DNA of 64,000 nt from a virus (IMGVR_UViG_3300033463_000056:30279-94278), one strand, 5' to 3'. Counted from the stretch's first letter, positions 19,210-28,643 are shown. The notes: generated by a model from the letters alone, not told the origin. A program made the numbers and translations.

Positions 19210-19520
19210 TTGACGGGTCTTAGCGGTCCGAGAGAAATAGATTCGACTTCCTTGCGATTATGGTCGGCGAAATCGTTGTCCGGTATATACGCCGTAATCA
19301 CCATTCGCATTACGCCAGGCTTCAGATTCTCCGTGTTGACAAGAAGATAGTATTCGCCGTCGAGACCCTCCTTCATGTCACTTTTGTTAAAATGCAACGG
19401 AGGATTGTCTCCGCAATAGAAGTCTATCTCGTAATTGTCATCTTTCTGGCTAAACCCTTCAGCAGTCAGGGTTATCTTGAACTTCAAGTCTTCACCGACA
19501 TAATATCTTCCTTCGTTCAT
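19206..19520 (-). CDS. Ig-like tail adaptor protein
   Basis: YYVGEDLKF...T..L.PG...TAYIPD.DF.D..RKE pattern. Confidence 0.6.
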   Translation of the reverse strand: MNEGRYYVGEDLKFKITLTAEGFSQKDDNYEIDFYCGDNPPLHFNKSDMKEGLDGEYYLLVNTENLKPGVMRMVITAYIPDNDFADHNRKEVESISLGPLRPVK

Positions 19521-19526
19521 AGCGTA

Positions 19527-19817
19527 TTATTTTATAAACAGCAACGCGATGTTACCGATAATCCAGTAAAGCAGGTTATGATACCATCTCAATTCGTAGT
19601 TCAAGTCGCAGTCGGCGGTCTTGTCACGACGGATATGGAGGGAATAGGCCAATGTATGTGTGGCCCACTCCCTCTTGATTGAACCCTCGCTCCGATGCCA
19701 AAGGCGACAAGTCGGATGCAAGGCGCGTATCGAACTCAACTCCCGCGAATACTTTGCCTTGGGAATGAGGTAGGAATCGATAATCTTTACCCTATCTCCG
19801 AGAATCTTGTATCTCAT
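19527..19817 (-). CDS. hypothetical protein
   Basis: 96-aa ORF with C-terminal TM. Confidence 0.55.
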   Translation of the reverse strand: MRYKILGDRVKIIDSYLIPKAKYSRELSSIRALHPTCRLWHRSEGSIKREWATHTLAYSLHIRRDKTADCDLNYELRWYHNLLYWIIGNIALLFIK

Positions 19818-20200
19818 GCCACAAGCAAGTCAAGTAGGTAGAATATTACAAGGCACAATGCGAAGAACCCGACATAGATGCCGACATACTTGAAGACTTT
19901 CTTCCAAGTCACATGTTCCTTGATGTAGCGGAAATCATCCTTGATGCCCTCCACGAACCACCGTTTGCCATACTTGTCTTTGTAATCGTCAACCCAATGG
20001 TAGGCAATCTGTCCGAGCGAGAAGGTAAACACCTCCAGAATGACGGTCACGAACGCCCATCCGAAGATGCACTTCATTACATGACCGAAAACGCTCATCC
20101 CTGCCTCAATGGGGGAATAGATGCCGACGAACACGAAAACGATGGCAGACACTACTGCGGTCAACGCAAAGGCCCGCTTCATAAATTTGAACTTGTCCAT
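19814..20200 (-). CDS. membrane protein
   Basis: Three hydrophobic segments. Confidence 0.6.
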   Translation of the reverse strand: MDKFKFMKRAFALTAVVSAIVFVFVGIYSPIEAGMSVFGHVMKCIFGWAFVTVILEVFTFSLGQIAYHWVDDYKDKYGKRWFVEGIKDDFRYIKEHVTWKKVFKYVGIYVGFFALCLVIFYLLDLLVA

Positions 20201-20225
20201 AGTAGTATTGTTTTAGTTTTTTTCA

Positions 20226-20978
20226 TTAAGTTGGTATCGTCCCGTCCTCGTTCAGTTCGTATATCTTACTTGCATAGTCGCTCCATTTTGCCGTCGATTT
20301 GTATGCCGCTAAAATAGAGTGGTCGGAGGAATATGGGACATATATCTTTTTCTTCCCGCTACCACTCCCCGCGAATGTATTTGTTGCCGGAAGATTTGGC
20401 GGTGATGTCCGTCTAACGACGACATTCCCAAGGTTGGACGTATCGTAGAATGATGCATTTGCGATGCTCGTCACCTTGCTGGGGATTTCAATGGAGATAA
20501 GCGCCGAGCATTGGCGGAAGGTGCTGTCGTTTATCGTCGTAAGGTTTGGAGGAAGGGTTATGCTCCGCAAGGCCGTACAGCCCCGGAACGGGGAGTTGGG
20601 GAGCGTCTTTACGCCCGTGAAATATACAAATTCATCAAACGACGTTATTGCCGTGTTATAGCGGAAATTAGTCCCGATCGAAGTGACTGCGGCAGCCTGG
20701 CTTGGTTTCAGCCCGATCCCGTCACCCCACTTTGTCGCACATATCTGCTCGACGGTGGCGTCTGCGAACACAATGTACGGTTCCGGCACCCCTTCCTGAT
20801 TCACCGTCAATTGGCGTATTATACTCCCCGTTGCGAACGTAACAACCTTTGTCCGGGTTGTGTAACCCGTGTTTGCATCGGAGGTGACGGCCACGGTCTG
20901 GTCGCCCTCCGATGCGTTGCGGGTGAGGTAGATGTTGTCTCCGGACCCGTCCCCCCAGGGTATGGTCGTAACAGCCAT
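20226..20978 (-). CDS. BACON-like domain plus BspA-type leucine-rich-repeat protein
   Basis: IPW.DGSGDNI N-terminus; FRGCTALRSITLP.NLT.I...F..C..L.SI.IP.KVTSI LRRs. Confidence 0.85.
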   Translation of the reverse strand: MAVTTIPWGDGSGDNIYLTRNASEGDQTVAVTSDANTGYTTRTKVVTFATGSIIRQLTVNQEGVPEPYIVFADATVEQICATKWGDGIGLKPSQAAAVTSIGTNFRYNTAITSFDEFVYFTGVKTLPNSPFRGCTALRSITLPPNLTTINDSTFRQCSALISIEIPSKVTSIANASFYDTSNLGNVVVRRTSPPNLPATNTFAGSGSGKKKIYVPYSSDHSILAAYKSTAKWSDYASKIYELNEDGTIPT

Positions 20979-21284
20979 TTAGGAGATCGTCCAGTTGGTG
21001 TTGGAGGAGACGGAGACACTTTGAGCCGGAGTACCAGCAGCAGGAATCGTGATAGTGGTCGGGCTGATGGTGAGGTAAGCGTCGCCAGCGGCTTGGGTAA
21101 TCGCGCAAACGACGGCATCGGAACTACCGCTATTCGGCGTAACCGTCAATTGGCTTGTCTTGGAAGAAATCGTTGTATTCTCGGCTATGTTCGAGAACGT
21201 GATAGAGAATGTGTATTGTTGGGTAGCGCCGGGGTCTCCCGTAATGGCCGAGCCGATGTAGGTGATGATTTCTCCTATTTCCAT
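20979..21284 (-). pseudogene. 3' part of a BACON-like tail protein gene, with a new start
   Basis: GDPGATQQYTFSITF...SVSSNTNWTIS; candidate 5' part stranded at 25256-25327. Confidence 0.55.
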
Positions 21285-21338
21285 GGTATTTGTTCTTTAT
21301 GTGGGGGCCCGGAGGCCCCCTGGTCCTGATCTGCTAAG

Positions 21339-21366
21339 TCAGTCAATTAGGGCCGAAAGTGGGTTA
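21339..21366 (-). repeat. cassette site A (28 bp)
   Basis: TAACCCACTT-TCGGCCCT-AATTGACTGA on the minus strand. Confidence 0.75.
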
Positions 21367-21531
21367 CTTCTTCGTGGTTGTATAAGTTGGCGTGGAAAGT
21401 GGCTTGAACATCTTACAATGCGTTCCACAATTCCGTATATCACACCCGGCAAGGCAACCCTTTTCGTAGTCATACGGGATGCCGTTGTTATCCGTTACCA
21501 CCCTTCCGAAGAAGTGTTTGCAGTTTATCAT
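21364..21531 (-). CDS. Cys-rich 55-aa cassette ORF
   Basis: Hand translation MINCKHFFGRVVTDNNGIPYDYEKGCLAGCDIRNCGTHCKMFKPLSTPTYTTTKK; fills the space between sites B and A. Confidence 0.65.
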   Translation of the reverse strand: MINCKHFFGRVVTDNNGIPYDYEKGCLAGCDIRNCGTHCKMFKPLSTPTYTTTKK

Positions 21532-21533
21532 AG

Positions 21534-21561
21534 TCATTCAATTAGGGCCGAAATTGATTGA
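21534..21561 (-). repeat. cassette site B (28 bp, near-perfect inverted arms)
   Basis: TCAATCAATT-TCGGCCCT-AATTGAATGA; arms 9/10 complementary. Confidence 0.8.
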
Positions 21562-21562
21562 G

Positions 21563-23005
21563 TTATGCCATTACGGAATCCATATAGGCGATTCTCTGCG
21601 TCACCCAATCGGCGATGATGGCGATTGAATCTATATCTCGGTTATCACCGATATATCCGGGGCAATCCGGCCACCTGGAGGCGTTCCGTTTATAGGCATC
21701 AAAACCTACCCACTTCGCCCATTCATCAAACAGGCCGATGATGTTCTCCGGGGTGAAGATACCGATGGACTGCAACTCCTTGTACCGAGCCTTGATTTCA
21801 TCCGCATAGATGCTTTCAAGTGCGACAAACCACGGCATAGACCGGGCCTTCTGGTTGTAGGTGTTGCTTGTTGGCGGATAGTACGGGGTGTAAATGCCGG
21901 AAGTCTTTCCACCGAATCCGTTGAACGAGTTGTTCATATCGTACACCATAGGCGAGAAATGAATCCCGTCCCAAGTGCCGTACAGGGTGTTTCTTGACCA
22001 CGAATCCCACACATTACATACATACATCATAAGATAGCAGTCAATGAAATCCTGGATGTTCAGCAACCCTTCAATGGTAGATTTCGGAGTGGATGCGGTG
22101 ATGCCCCACAGGGCGGTCTCCCAATTCACGATGGCGGTCTTGACCGGGCCATCATTCGGCTCTACACCCTCCGGGAATGACGGGTTTCCACTATCGGATT
22201 TCGGGTTGCGGATTTCAACACCCGTCCAGGAGAACGCACCACTATTGGAAAACCAATTCTGTGCGTCAAGGAAGATGTGGTCGGTGTCGCTCTTGTTGAA
22301 CTGATAATTGTCGCGGTGTTTCTTCAACCGCCACACATACAACCCCCAATAGACACCGTTGATGTAGAGTTCAATGGGGAAACCGTCCACCCGGCACAAT
22401 GCGTTTCCTCCGAAGAATCCCCGGTAGTTGCCTCCGAAATCGTTGTGGAACAGGAACGGTCTTTCCTCCGTTGCCTTGCGTGTCATATAAATCTGCTCCA
22501 TCATTTGGTTGCAGACCCAATCCCGGCACTTGATGAAGTCCTCATAAAATGCCTTGAGATGGAACGAATCAAACTCCAACCACTTGCCGAACTTGTGCTT
22601 GTTGGCGGTGTCAATGCCGAAGTTCTTTTGTGCATCGGCGAGAGATGTATTGCCTTGATAGTTGATTTCTATCCTGTCCGTGAAGTTGATGGACTGCGAT
22701 GAAAATTCAAGGATTACATCGTCCGTGTCCACACTACCAACAGGGTCTCCTGCTGCGTATGGGTTTGTGGTGTAGGTCAATGGGGCAACCGTGTTGTTGG
22801 TTGCGTCCGGGGTCAGCAGTTCCGAAACGATGTTCACCTTCGGGACATCGGTTGGAAGTCCGAAGTCCATCGCCCTCCGGGTTGTCCCCGACCCGACCCC
22901 GGCAAGGATTTCTTCAAGAGTTCTTCCGTTCCCGTCAATGACGGCCTTCGTGGAAGTCCTCGGATATACGGGATTCTCGTTCCCGTCTTGGTATTGTACT
23001 ATCAT
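21563..23005 (-). CDS. CotH kinase-like protein in the tail module
   Basis: QGNTSL...KNF.I, FHLKAFY.D, GFPIELYINGVYWGLY, DSW.RN, PMVYDMN.SF motifs. Confidence 0.8.
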   Translation of the reverse strand: MIVQYQDGNENPVYPRTSTKAVIDGNGRTLEEILAGVGSGTTRRAMDFGLPTDVPKVNIVSELLTPDATNNTVAPLTYTTNPYAAGDPVGSVDTDDVILEFSSQSINFTDRIEINYQGNTSLADAQKNFGIDTANKHKFGKWLEFDSFHLKAFYEDFIKCRDWVCNQMMEQIYMTRKATEERPFLFHNDFGGNYRGFFGGNALCRVDGFPIELYINGVYWGLYVWRLKKHRDNYQFNKSDTDHIFLDAQNWFSNSGAFSWTGVEIRNPKSDSGNPSFPEGVEPNDGPVKTAIVNWETALWGITASTPKSTIEGLLNIQDFIDCYLMMYVCNVWDSWSRNTLYGTWDGIHFSPMVYDMNNSFNGFGGKTSGIYTPYYPPTSNTYNQKARSMPWFVALESIYADEIKARYKELQSIGIFTPENIIGLFDEWAKWVGFDAYKRNASRWPDCPGYIGDNRDIDSIAIIADWVTQRIAYMDSVMA

Positions 23006-23008
23006 AGT

Positions 23009-24028
23009 TTACGCAATTACACTGAATGAACCAAGCCCGTCTGCGTGGGAGTTCCCGTAGAACTTTTGTCCCACCTTGTCCCAAAGGCCGTTCTCCCCGG
23101 CAAGGTGTGCATTACCGTCCCAAGCAGAAGTCCCAGGAATGTCGGAAACGAGAGTGCAGGGAACGAGTTTCATAACCGTCTCACTACCTACAATGATTTC
23201 ATATCCATGGAGTGTCATGTTTAGGGCAAGATAGCCTGCAGCACTTCCTCCTGCAAATAGGTGGATTGGCCTATCCGGGTCAGTTGCGTAGAAAGTCCCA
23301 AAATCATAAGGGAAGAAAATAGATTCGTCCCTGTCGGTTACGAAACCGGACATCGAAATTTCTTGTTTATATCTAACTCCGGTTGTCAGTTGGGTTGTTG
23401 ATGCTGCACCGACACCCGTGTCTGATGTTGTATCGCTACCGCCAAAACGAACTGCCTGTTTTGGCGTTGCTGCGGTTGTTACGATGGTGAGCATGTGCCT
23501 CGTTGTAGGATAGGACTCTCCACGATATGAGCCCCAAATATAACGATAAGTCGGGGTGGCAGTCGCAGTCGGGAGGGTATTGACAACATAGTCATACTTG
23601 ATTTTCGTGTTACGATTGCTCACAACATACCCGGTGTTGATTCTCGCCACACCATCGCCGACAAGTCCGGACTTTTCCTCATACACCATTCCATAGGAAA
23701 CGGTTACCGTCTTTTCTGCATAGATATTGCTATCTGCTGTGGAAGTGGCACGAATGACAACAGAATTTGAAAATGCCCCGACAAGAGGGGAAAGTTCCCC
23801 GGTTTCCGCATTGATTGATGCGTATGTGCCGCCGGAAACGATAGACCAAACGATGCCCCGTTGCGAAGTGTTCGCAGGGAAATAGTTCACCTGGTAATAG
23901 GACGGCTCGGTGATTGAGTCCTCCCCGATTATAGTGATGGAACGGACGGGAACACCGTCTTGAAGTGTTACCTTTCCAAGATTTGCATCTTGAAAACTGA
24001 CATTGGGAATAATAACTGCGATACCCAT
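23009..24028 (-). CDS. tail-fibre partner protein (Ig-like plus lectin-like domain)
   Basis: MGIAVII.N.SF N-terminus; PANTSQRGIVWSI Big_2-like unit; INTGY...LVPC...GLWD.V..KFY. Confidence 0.7.
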   Translation of the reverse strand: MGIAVIIPNVSFQDANLGKVTLQDGVPVRSITIIGEDSITEPSYYQVNYFPANTSQRGIVWSIVSGGTYASINAETGELSPLVGAFSNSVVIRATSTADSNIYAEKTVTVSYGMVYEEKSGLVGDGVARINTGYVVSNRNTKIKYDYVVNTLPTATATPTYRYIWGSYRGESYPTTRHMLTIVTTAATPKQAVRFGGSDTTSDTGVGAASTTQLTTGVRYKQEISMSGFVTDRDESIFFPYDFGTFYATDPDRPIHLFAGGSAAGYLALNMTLHGYEIIVGSETVMKLVPCTLVSDIPGTSAWDGNAHLAGENGLWDKVGQKFYGNSHADGLGSFSVIA

Positions 24029-24040
24029 AGTTGTATGATT

Positions 24041-25243
24041 TTATTCGTTGATAACTTCTGCCTTGAAGATGTTCTTCGCCCTCGCACCGTCATTGTCCAC
24101 GATGAAACCGATATTGAGGTTTTCATCCACAACCGCGAATCCGTCCTCGTTGGTGTTCACGAAGGAATCTCCAAAGAATCCGGCCTCCAGGAGCGCCTGG
24201 ACAAAGTGTGCAGACACCTTCGCCGCGTCAAATCCGTCTGCGGTATATTTCATCACCACATTCAGCAGTTCATCGGTAAGGAAGAATCCGTCCGGGACGG
24301 TGGCAGGAAGAAGCGCGGCCATATCGTCGTACACTTGATGGATTTTTCCCTCAAGCACGACACCCTGCTGGGCGGACAGTCCCTTGGTCGGATCGTTCGT
24401 CGTGAGGTTGTTGACGAGCTCGTAGGGATAGTCCACGGAGCTGCCCGTGTTGCCCTGCATACCCTGCGGGATCGTGACGTTCAGGACGGGGGCCTCCGGG
24501 ATGCCAGTGATCGTCACCACGACGGGCGTTCCAGGCTCGCCGGTGGTCACGGTGCCGACCGTGATGTTGGGAGTCGCACCCACCAGGCCTTTCGGGATGG
24601 ACAGGTTCAGCACGGGAGCTTCCGGGGTGCCGGTCATGGAGGCGGCGGCAGGGGTGCTTGGATCTCCGGTTGTGACGGTGCCGATGGTAATGTCGGGAGT
24701 TTCACCTGTTTCCCCCTTCAAGGAAGCAAGCCATTGCTCTTCCGTACCCTCGTATCCTTCGTCAACTGCAACCTGGTATGCGGACTTTCCCTGCGGGCCG
24801 GTCTCGCCTTGGGGACCTGTCGCACCCGTCGCGCCCTGCGGACCTTGCGGGCCTTGCGGGCCAGTTGCACCCGTCGCGCCCGGCGCACCAGCAGTTCCAT
24901 CGGCTCCCTTTAACCCGGAGAAATTCAAATAAAGCGTATCATTTTCAATCTGCTGTGATGCCGAAGGTGTTCCGCTTGTGTTATCAACACTGATTTCAAT
25001 ATACGAAAACCCAGAACCAGGGATTCCTTGCTGTCCTTGTTCACCACGCTCAAGAGAAAGAGCCCATATATTTGGATCCGTTCCGGGCCTCACGTTCTTA
25101 TTCGGCTTCTTGGACACATACGAACATCCGTCGCCACCATCTTCAGTAGCATTCAGAACGAGGCATAAGGCGTCGTACTCCGTACCGTGAACATATTTTC
25201 CACACGGCGTAATAGCGACCTTGTATAATTTTGTATCAGTCAT
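24041..25243 (-). CDS. tail fibre/receptor-binding protein, copy 2
   Basis: Collagen repeats, GKSAYQVA, TVTTG.P repeats; N-terminus and GNTGSSVDYPYELVNN shared with 26186-28243. Confidence 0.85.
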   Translation of the reverse strand: MTDTKLYKVAITPCGKYVHGTEYDALCLVLNATEDGGDGCSYVSKKPNKNVRPGTDPNIWALSLERGEQGQQGIPGSGFSYIEISVDNTSGTPSASQQIENDTLYLNFSGLKGADGTAGAPGATGATGPQGPQGPQGATGATGPQGETGPQGKSAYQVAVDEGYEGTEEQWLASLKGETGETPDITIGTVTTGDPSTPAAASMTGTPEAPVLNLSIPKGLVGATPNITVGTVTTGEPGTPVVVTITGIPEAPVLNVTIPQGMQGNTGSSVDYPYELVNNLTTNDPTKGLSAQQGVVLEGKIHQVYDDMAALLPATVPDGFFLTDELLNVVMKYTADGFDAAKVSAHFVQALLEAGFFGDSFVNTNEDGFAVVDENLNIGFIVDNDGARAKNIFKAEVINE

Positions 25244-25255
25244 ATTACGAAATCG

Positions 25256-25327
25256 TTAAATATCCGGTACGGTATCGTTACCATTACCGCTCGTTTTGTT
25301 GGGATTTGCCCATGATGCGTATGCCAT
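25256..25327 (-). pseudogene. stranded 5' end of a BACON-like gene
   Basis: MAYASWANPNKTSGNGNDTV joined to a copy of the 3' end of the 28245 gene. Confidence 0.55.
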
Positions 25328-25371
25328 ATGATATACTTTTGATTGTTATGCTAAAAGAATGACTTGACAAT

Positions 25372-26175
25372 CTATTGCGCATTATTTAAGATTCCGAAGT
25401 CCGTAGTGAACGTCCTGATGGCGGAGCTTACGATACGCGCTTCTGCGGCAGTTAAGCCATCACAGACACCACAAATGGACGTGCAGCAATATCCTTTCGC
25501 CAAGTTGAAGTAGGTCGTATTATTGGTAGATGTAAGGACAGAGGTCGTTAACTCGTCATCATCACACACAATAACACGGCTCCCGTTGTCCTTTGCAGAC
25601 ATCACAATCCAGTTCGGAGTGTCGAAACCGGTCGCTTTAGGTATAGAAGCGGTCGAGCCGCCAATAACCGCACAAGACATCACGGAGGCTTCCCATTTGA
25701 AGACAATTTCACCCAACTGCACCTGGGCGCCGGAGGAACTCTGCAAAGGATGCCCAAGCGCCAGAGTGAATGACGCAAACAGGCTCATCGAAGAATCCGT
25801 CAAACCATCCGTGAGGCTGGAATAGCCAATGCCTTCGGTGCCTCCTGCCATAGACGCGGGCTCAACACCCTTCTTGTCTTCAATAACAACCGTCGTGGAA
25901 GGATACGATTTGGGGTACGTCCCCTCGGTGATAATGTCGTAAAGCGAATTTGAATCCGCATCTGTGGAGACTGCAAGGCACGGCATATACAGATGCTTGA
26001 TCTTCGGCCAGATGCCGTTACTGCCATCCGCACCGAGTGAACGGAGAAAAGCCTCTACAGGAGCCTTGTTCGCATCTGTGAGACCACCGTAGTTTGAAAC
26101 AATGGTACTCATAAGGCCGCTGATATCGACAAGTCCATACACCGAGAAATCAGCATTTTTGATTATTATTCTCAT
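25372..26175 (-). CDS. tail-fibre partner protein
   Basis: MRIIIKNADFS N-terminus, similar in style to the 23009 gene. Confidence 0.65.
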   Translation of the reverse strand: MRIIIKNADFSVYGLVDISGLMSTIVSNYGGLTDANKAPVEAFLRSLGADGSNGIWPKIKHLYMPCLAVSTDADSNSLYDIITEGTYPKSYPSTTVVIEDKKGVEPASMAGGTEGIGYSSLTDGLTDSSMSLFASFTLALGHPLQSSSGAQVQLGEIVFKWEASVMSCAVIGGSTASIPKATGFDTPNWIVMSAKDNGSRVIVCDDDELTTSVLTSTNNTTYFNLAKGYCCTSICGVCDGLTAAEARIVSSAIRTFTTDFGILNNAQ

Positions 26176-26185
26176 ATGTTAATCT

Positions 26186-28243
26186 TTATAAATTAAATCG
26201 GTAGTGAATTTTCTTCGTCCGTTCCGTTTCGCTCATGTCGAACGCCTTGTACGCTCCGTAGTTCACGCGGTAGATATCCTGCGAAACAGTGTCAATTTCA
26301 AGCATCGTGAGCTTGATACTATTCAACGTTCCATCCTGCTTCGCAACCTTGTTGAGCGCAACGCCCTCTGCGCCCATTGACGGCGCGCCAAGCATAAGCA
26401 TGTCATACATCTTGCTTCCATCTGCCTTCTGTACCTGATATTCATTCTCGGAATGGATGTGTCCGAAAAGGTGACAGATGTAATGGAGATTACCGATGTT
26501 AGAAAAGTCCTCGTTGATGATTATGTTCCTGTCGCCGGAGTCATCTGCATAGGTCTTGGAAAGCGTGGTCTTTCGCTGCATCGCGTCAATAATATCGGGA
26601 ACCAGGAACGGATCTTGATGGAAGTTACAGTCAGACCTAAACGGTCCAGATGTCGTGTAATCATCACTAAGTTTTAAGTCCCCGAAGCCATAGTGCATCA
26701 TCGTGATTACTTTGTATCCGTTGTTCGCAGCACCTTTTAGAGTGTTGATCAACCAATTAATCTGCGTCTGAGAAAAGACACAGTTCATCGAGGCGAATCC
26801 AGCATACGGGGTGGTTTGGTTACTCCCATATACATTGTAGTATTCCCCATCGTCATAGTCCGCAGGATCAAGATTGATAACACGTATTGTTCCGATCGTG
26901 GCGTTCGGAGTGATATCTATATATCCGTATGCGCGATAGTTCGCGGAATCGCCGAAGTGATAGTTCGAGCCGTTCTTGCTCGCCATCATCGCACAGATGA
27001 TGTCATAATACTGTTTCTTCGTGATTCCAGGAACGTCGTGGTTGCCGGATGAAACGATGATAGGCAACGACGTAGCTCCTATAGCATTGACGTAAGCCGT
27101 CAACTCCGGGAGTGGATTACCAGGCGCAGCCCCCTGTGCCGCATTGGCGTTATCGCCCGTGTCCACGACGAGGTCGGCAAGGTCTTTTAAGCCAATGGCT
27201 TCATTAAGGTTCGCAATGGTCGCGTGGTTGTCCGAAAAGTGCATGATTCGGAGTCTGTCGTACCATACACGATTATACTTCCCCTTCTTATAGGAGTAGT
27301 AGTCTTCCTTGAACGCCAATTTCCTCTGCGCCTTGTCGTCAACGCCCGCACTTGTATTCTTCAACTCCTCAATTTCACTGACCACCTGCTCGGAATCGAA
27401 ATACTTCGTCCGAACGTGGCCTTCTTCAAAGAGAACAATATCCTTTCCGTTCTTGTCTCCGATTGACAGGTTGTTTATTCCTATATCCGAAACATCTCTA
27501 TAAATCTCAGAAAGAGATATTGAAGATGCTCCATCCTTGATCTTGACATCTGTTGCCTCAATCCCGGAGGTGTCAACCCTTGCGACGAACGAGCCACCGT
27601 CTGTCTGGAATTCCAAGCACTCATCTTGCGCCGGTGAGCTAACGAACGTGACGTTGTGCACCTTCTTGCTAAGAATATCAATATCATCACCGATACGCTT
27701 CCCCTCAGCAGCGCTTAAACCCTTCGTGGCATCGTCTGTGGTGCGGTTATTAACCAGTTCGTATGGATAATCAACGGATGAGCCCGTGTTTCCCTGCTCA
27801 CCCTTAATGCCAGAAAGGGATATGGAAAGAACACCATCGTTTACTCTCGCCGTACCGGAAGGGGATCCCGTTGTATTACTTACATTGACGGTGAATGTAC
27901 CACTGTTGATTCCAGCAGGTCCGACGGGGCCTGTCGCTCCAGTGTCACCCTTCGGCCCCTGCAATCCAGGAAGCCCCTGCTCGCCTTGTGGACCACGCTC
28001 GCCGGTATCGCCCTTGTCTCCTTTCTCGCCCTTCTCGCCTCTTCCGCTTCTTGAGGAACGTTTCCAAACAGTATCATCGGTTCCGGGGACAACATTCCGG
28101 TTCGGCTTTACGGATATATAAGAACATCCATCTCCGCCGTCTTCCTCGGCATAATACACCTGGGTCAGCGTGTCATAGTATTTACCATGCACATAATTGC
28201 CGTCAACCGTAATGGATACTTTGTATAATTTGTTATCAGTCAT
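26186..28243 (-). CDS. tail fibre/spike with collagen repeats and C-terminal metallophosphoesterase
   Basis: GEKGDKGD repeats; SDNH, TGD, GNHD, H, GHIH calcineurin-like motifs. Confidence 0.85.
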   Translation of the reverse strand: MTDNKLYKVSITVDGNYVHGKYYDTLTQVYYAEEDGGDGCSYISVKPNRNVVPGTDDTVWKRSSRSGRGEKGEKGDKGDTGERGPQGEQGLPGLQGPKGDTGATGPVGPAGINSGTFTVNVSNTTGSPSGTARVNDGVLSISLSGIKGEQGNTGSSVDYPYELVNNRTTDDATKGLSAAEGKRIGDDIDILSKKVHNVTFVSSPAQDECLEFQTDGGSFVARVDTSGIEATDVKIKDGASSISLSEIYRDVSDIGINNLSIGDKNGKDIVLFEEGHVRTKYFDSEQVVSEIEELKNTSAGVDDKAQRKLAFKEDYYSYKKGKYNRVWYDRLRIMHFSDNHATIANLNEAIGLKDLADLVVDTGDNANAAQGAAPGNPLPELTAYVNAIGATSLPIIVSSGNHDVPGITKKQYYDIICAMMASKNGSNYHFGDSANYRAYGYIDITPNATIGTIRVINLDPADYDDGEYYNVYGSNQTTPYAGFASMNCVFSQTQINWLINTLKGAANNGYKVITMMHYGFGDLKLSDDYTTSGPFRSDCNFHQDPFLVPDIIDAMQRKTTLSKTYADDSGDRNIIINEDFSNIGNLHYICHLFGHIHSENEYQVQKADGSKMYDMLMLGAPSMGAEGVALNKVAKQDGTLNSIKLTMLEIDTVSQDIYRVNYGAYKAFDMSETERTKKIHYRFNL

Positions 28244-28244
28244 A

Positions 28245-28643
28245 TTACACAATTCTTAAATATCCTGTTTCCTGATCGAAGACCAGATGCTGATTTACGC
28301 CGAATTCCCCTTCGACAAGATGGAGATACATGTTCTCATCGACATATGCATTCGACCAAATTGAATCGCCTTTGTCGCCCTTGATAATTTTCTGGGCTGC
28401 TTGGACTATTGCATCATACGCCTCCTTCGCATTCACGAAGGACTCGAGAAGCAATCCATAAGTGCAGCAGGTAGACATACCGATATCCCTTGTCTGGATC
28501 AACCGGTATCCATCACAATGCCTGCTTCCTCCATTCTTCAGTATCTGAAACGCATCTTTGTCGCTTGTGGCGGCAACCAACGCGATTCCGGATTCGGAAC
28601 CCACCGTGAAGGAGATAGTATACAGATGATATGCGTCGGTCAT
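28245..28643 (-). CDS. tail-module hypothetical protein
   Basis: 132 aa ending TGYLRIV; TATGTTTG promoter element upstream. Confidence 0.6.
   Translation of the reverse strand: MTDAYHLYTISFTVGSESGIALVAATSDKDAFQILKNGGSRHCDGYRLIQTRDIGMSTCCTYGLLLESFVNAKEAYDAIVQAAQKIIKGDKGDSIWSNAYVDENMYLHLVEGEFGVNQHLVFDQETGYLRIV

Noticed and set aside
25336-25365. Possible degenerate cassette site after tail module 1 (minus strand TTTAGCAT-AACAATCAAA)
   Set aside because: Position is suggestive but arm similarity is too weak to call without a PWM.
20226-28643. Diversity-generating retroelement or invertible shufflon in the tail region
   Set aside because: No reverse transcriptase, no adenine-variable repeat pair seen, all tail genes co-oriented and no adjacent invertase.
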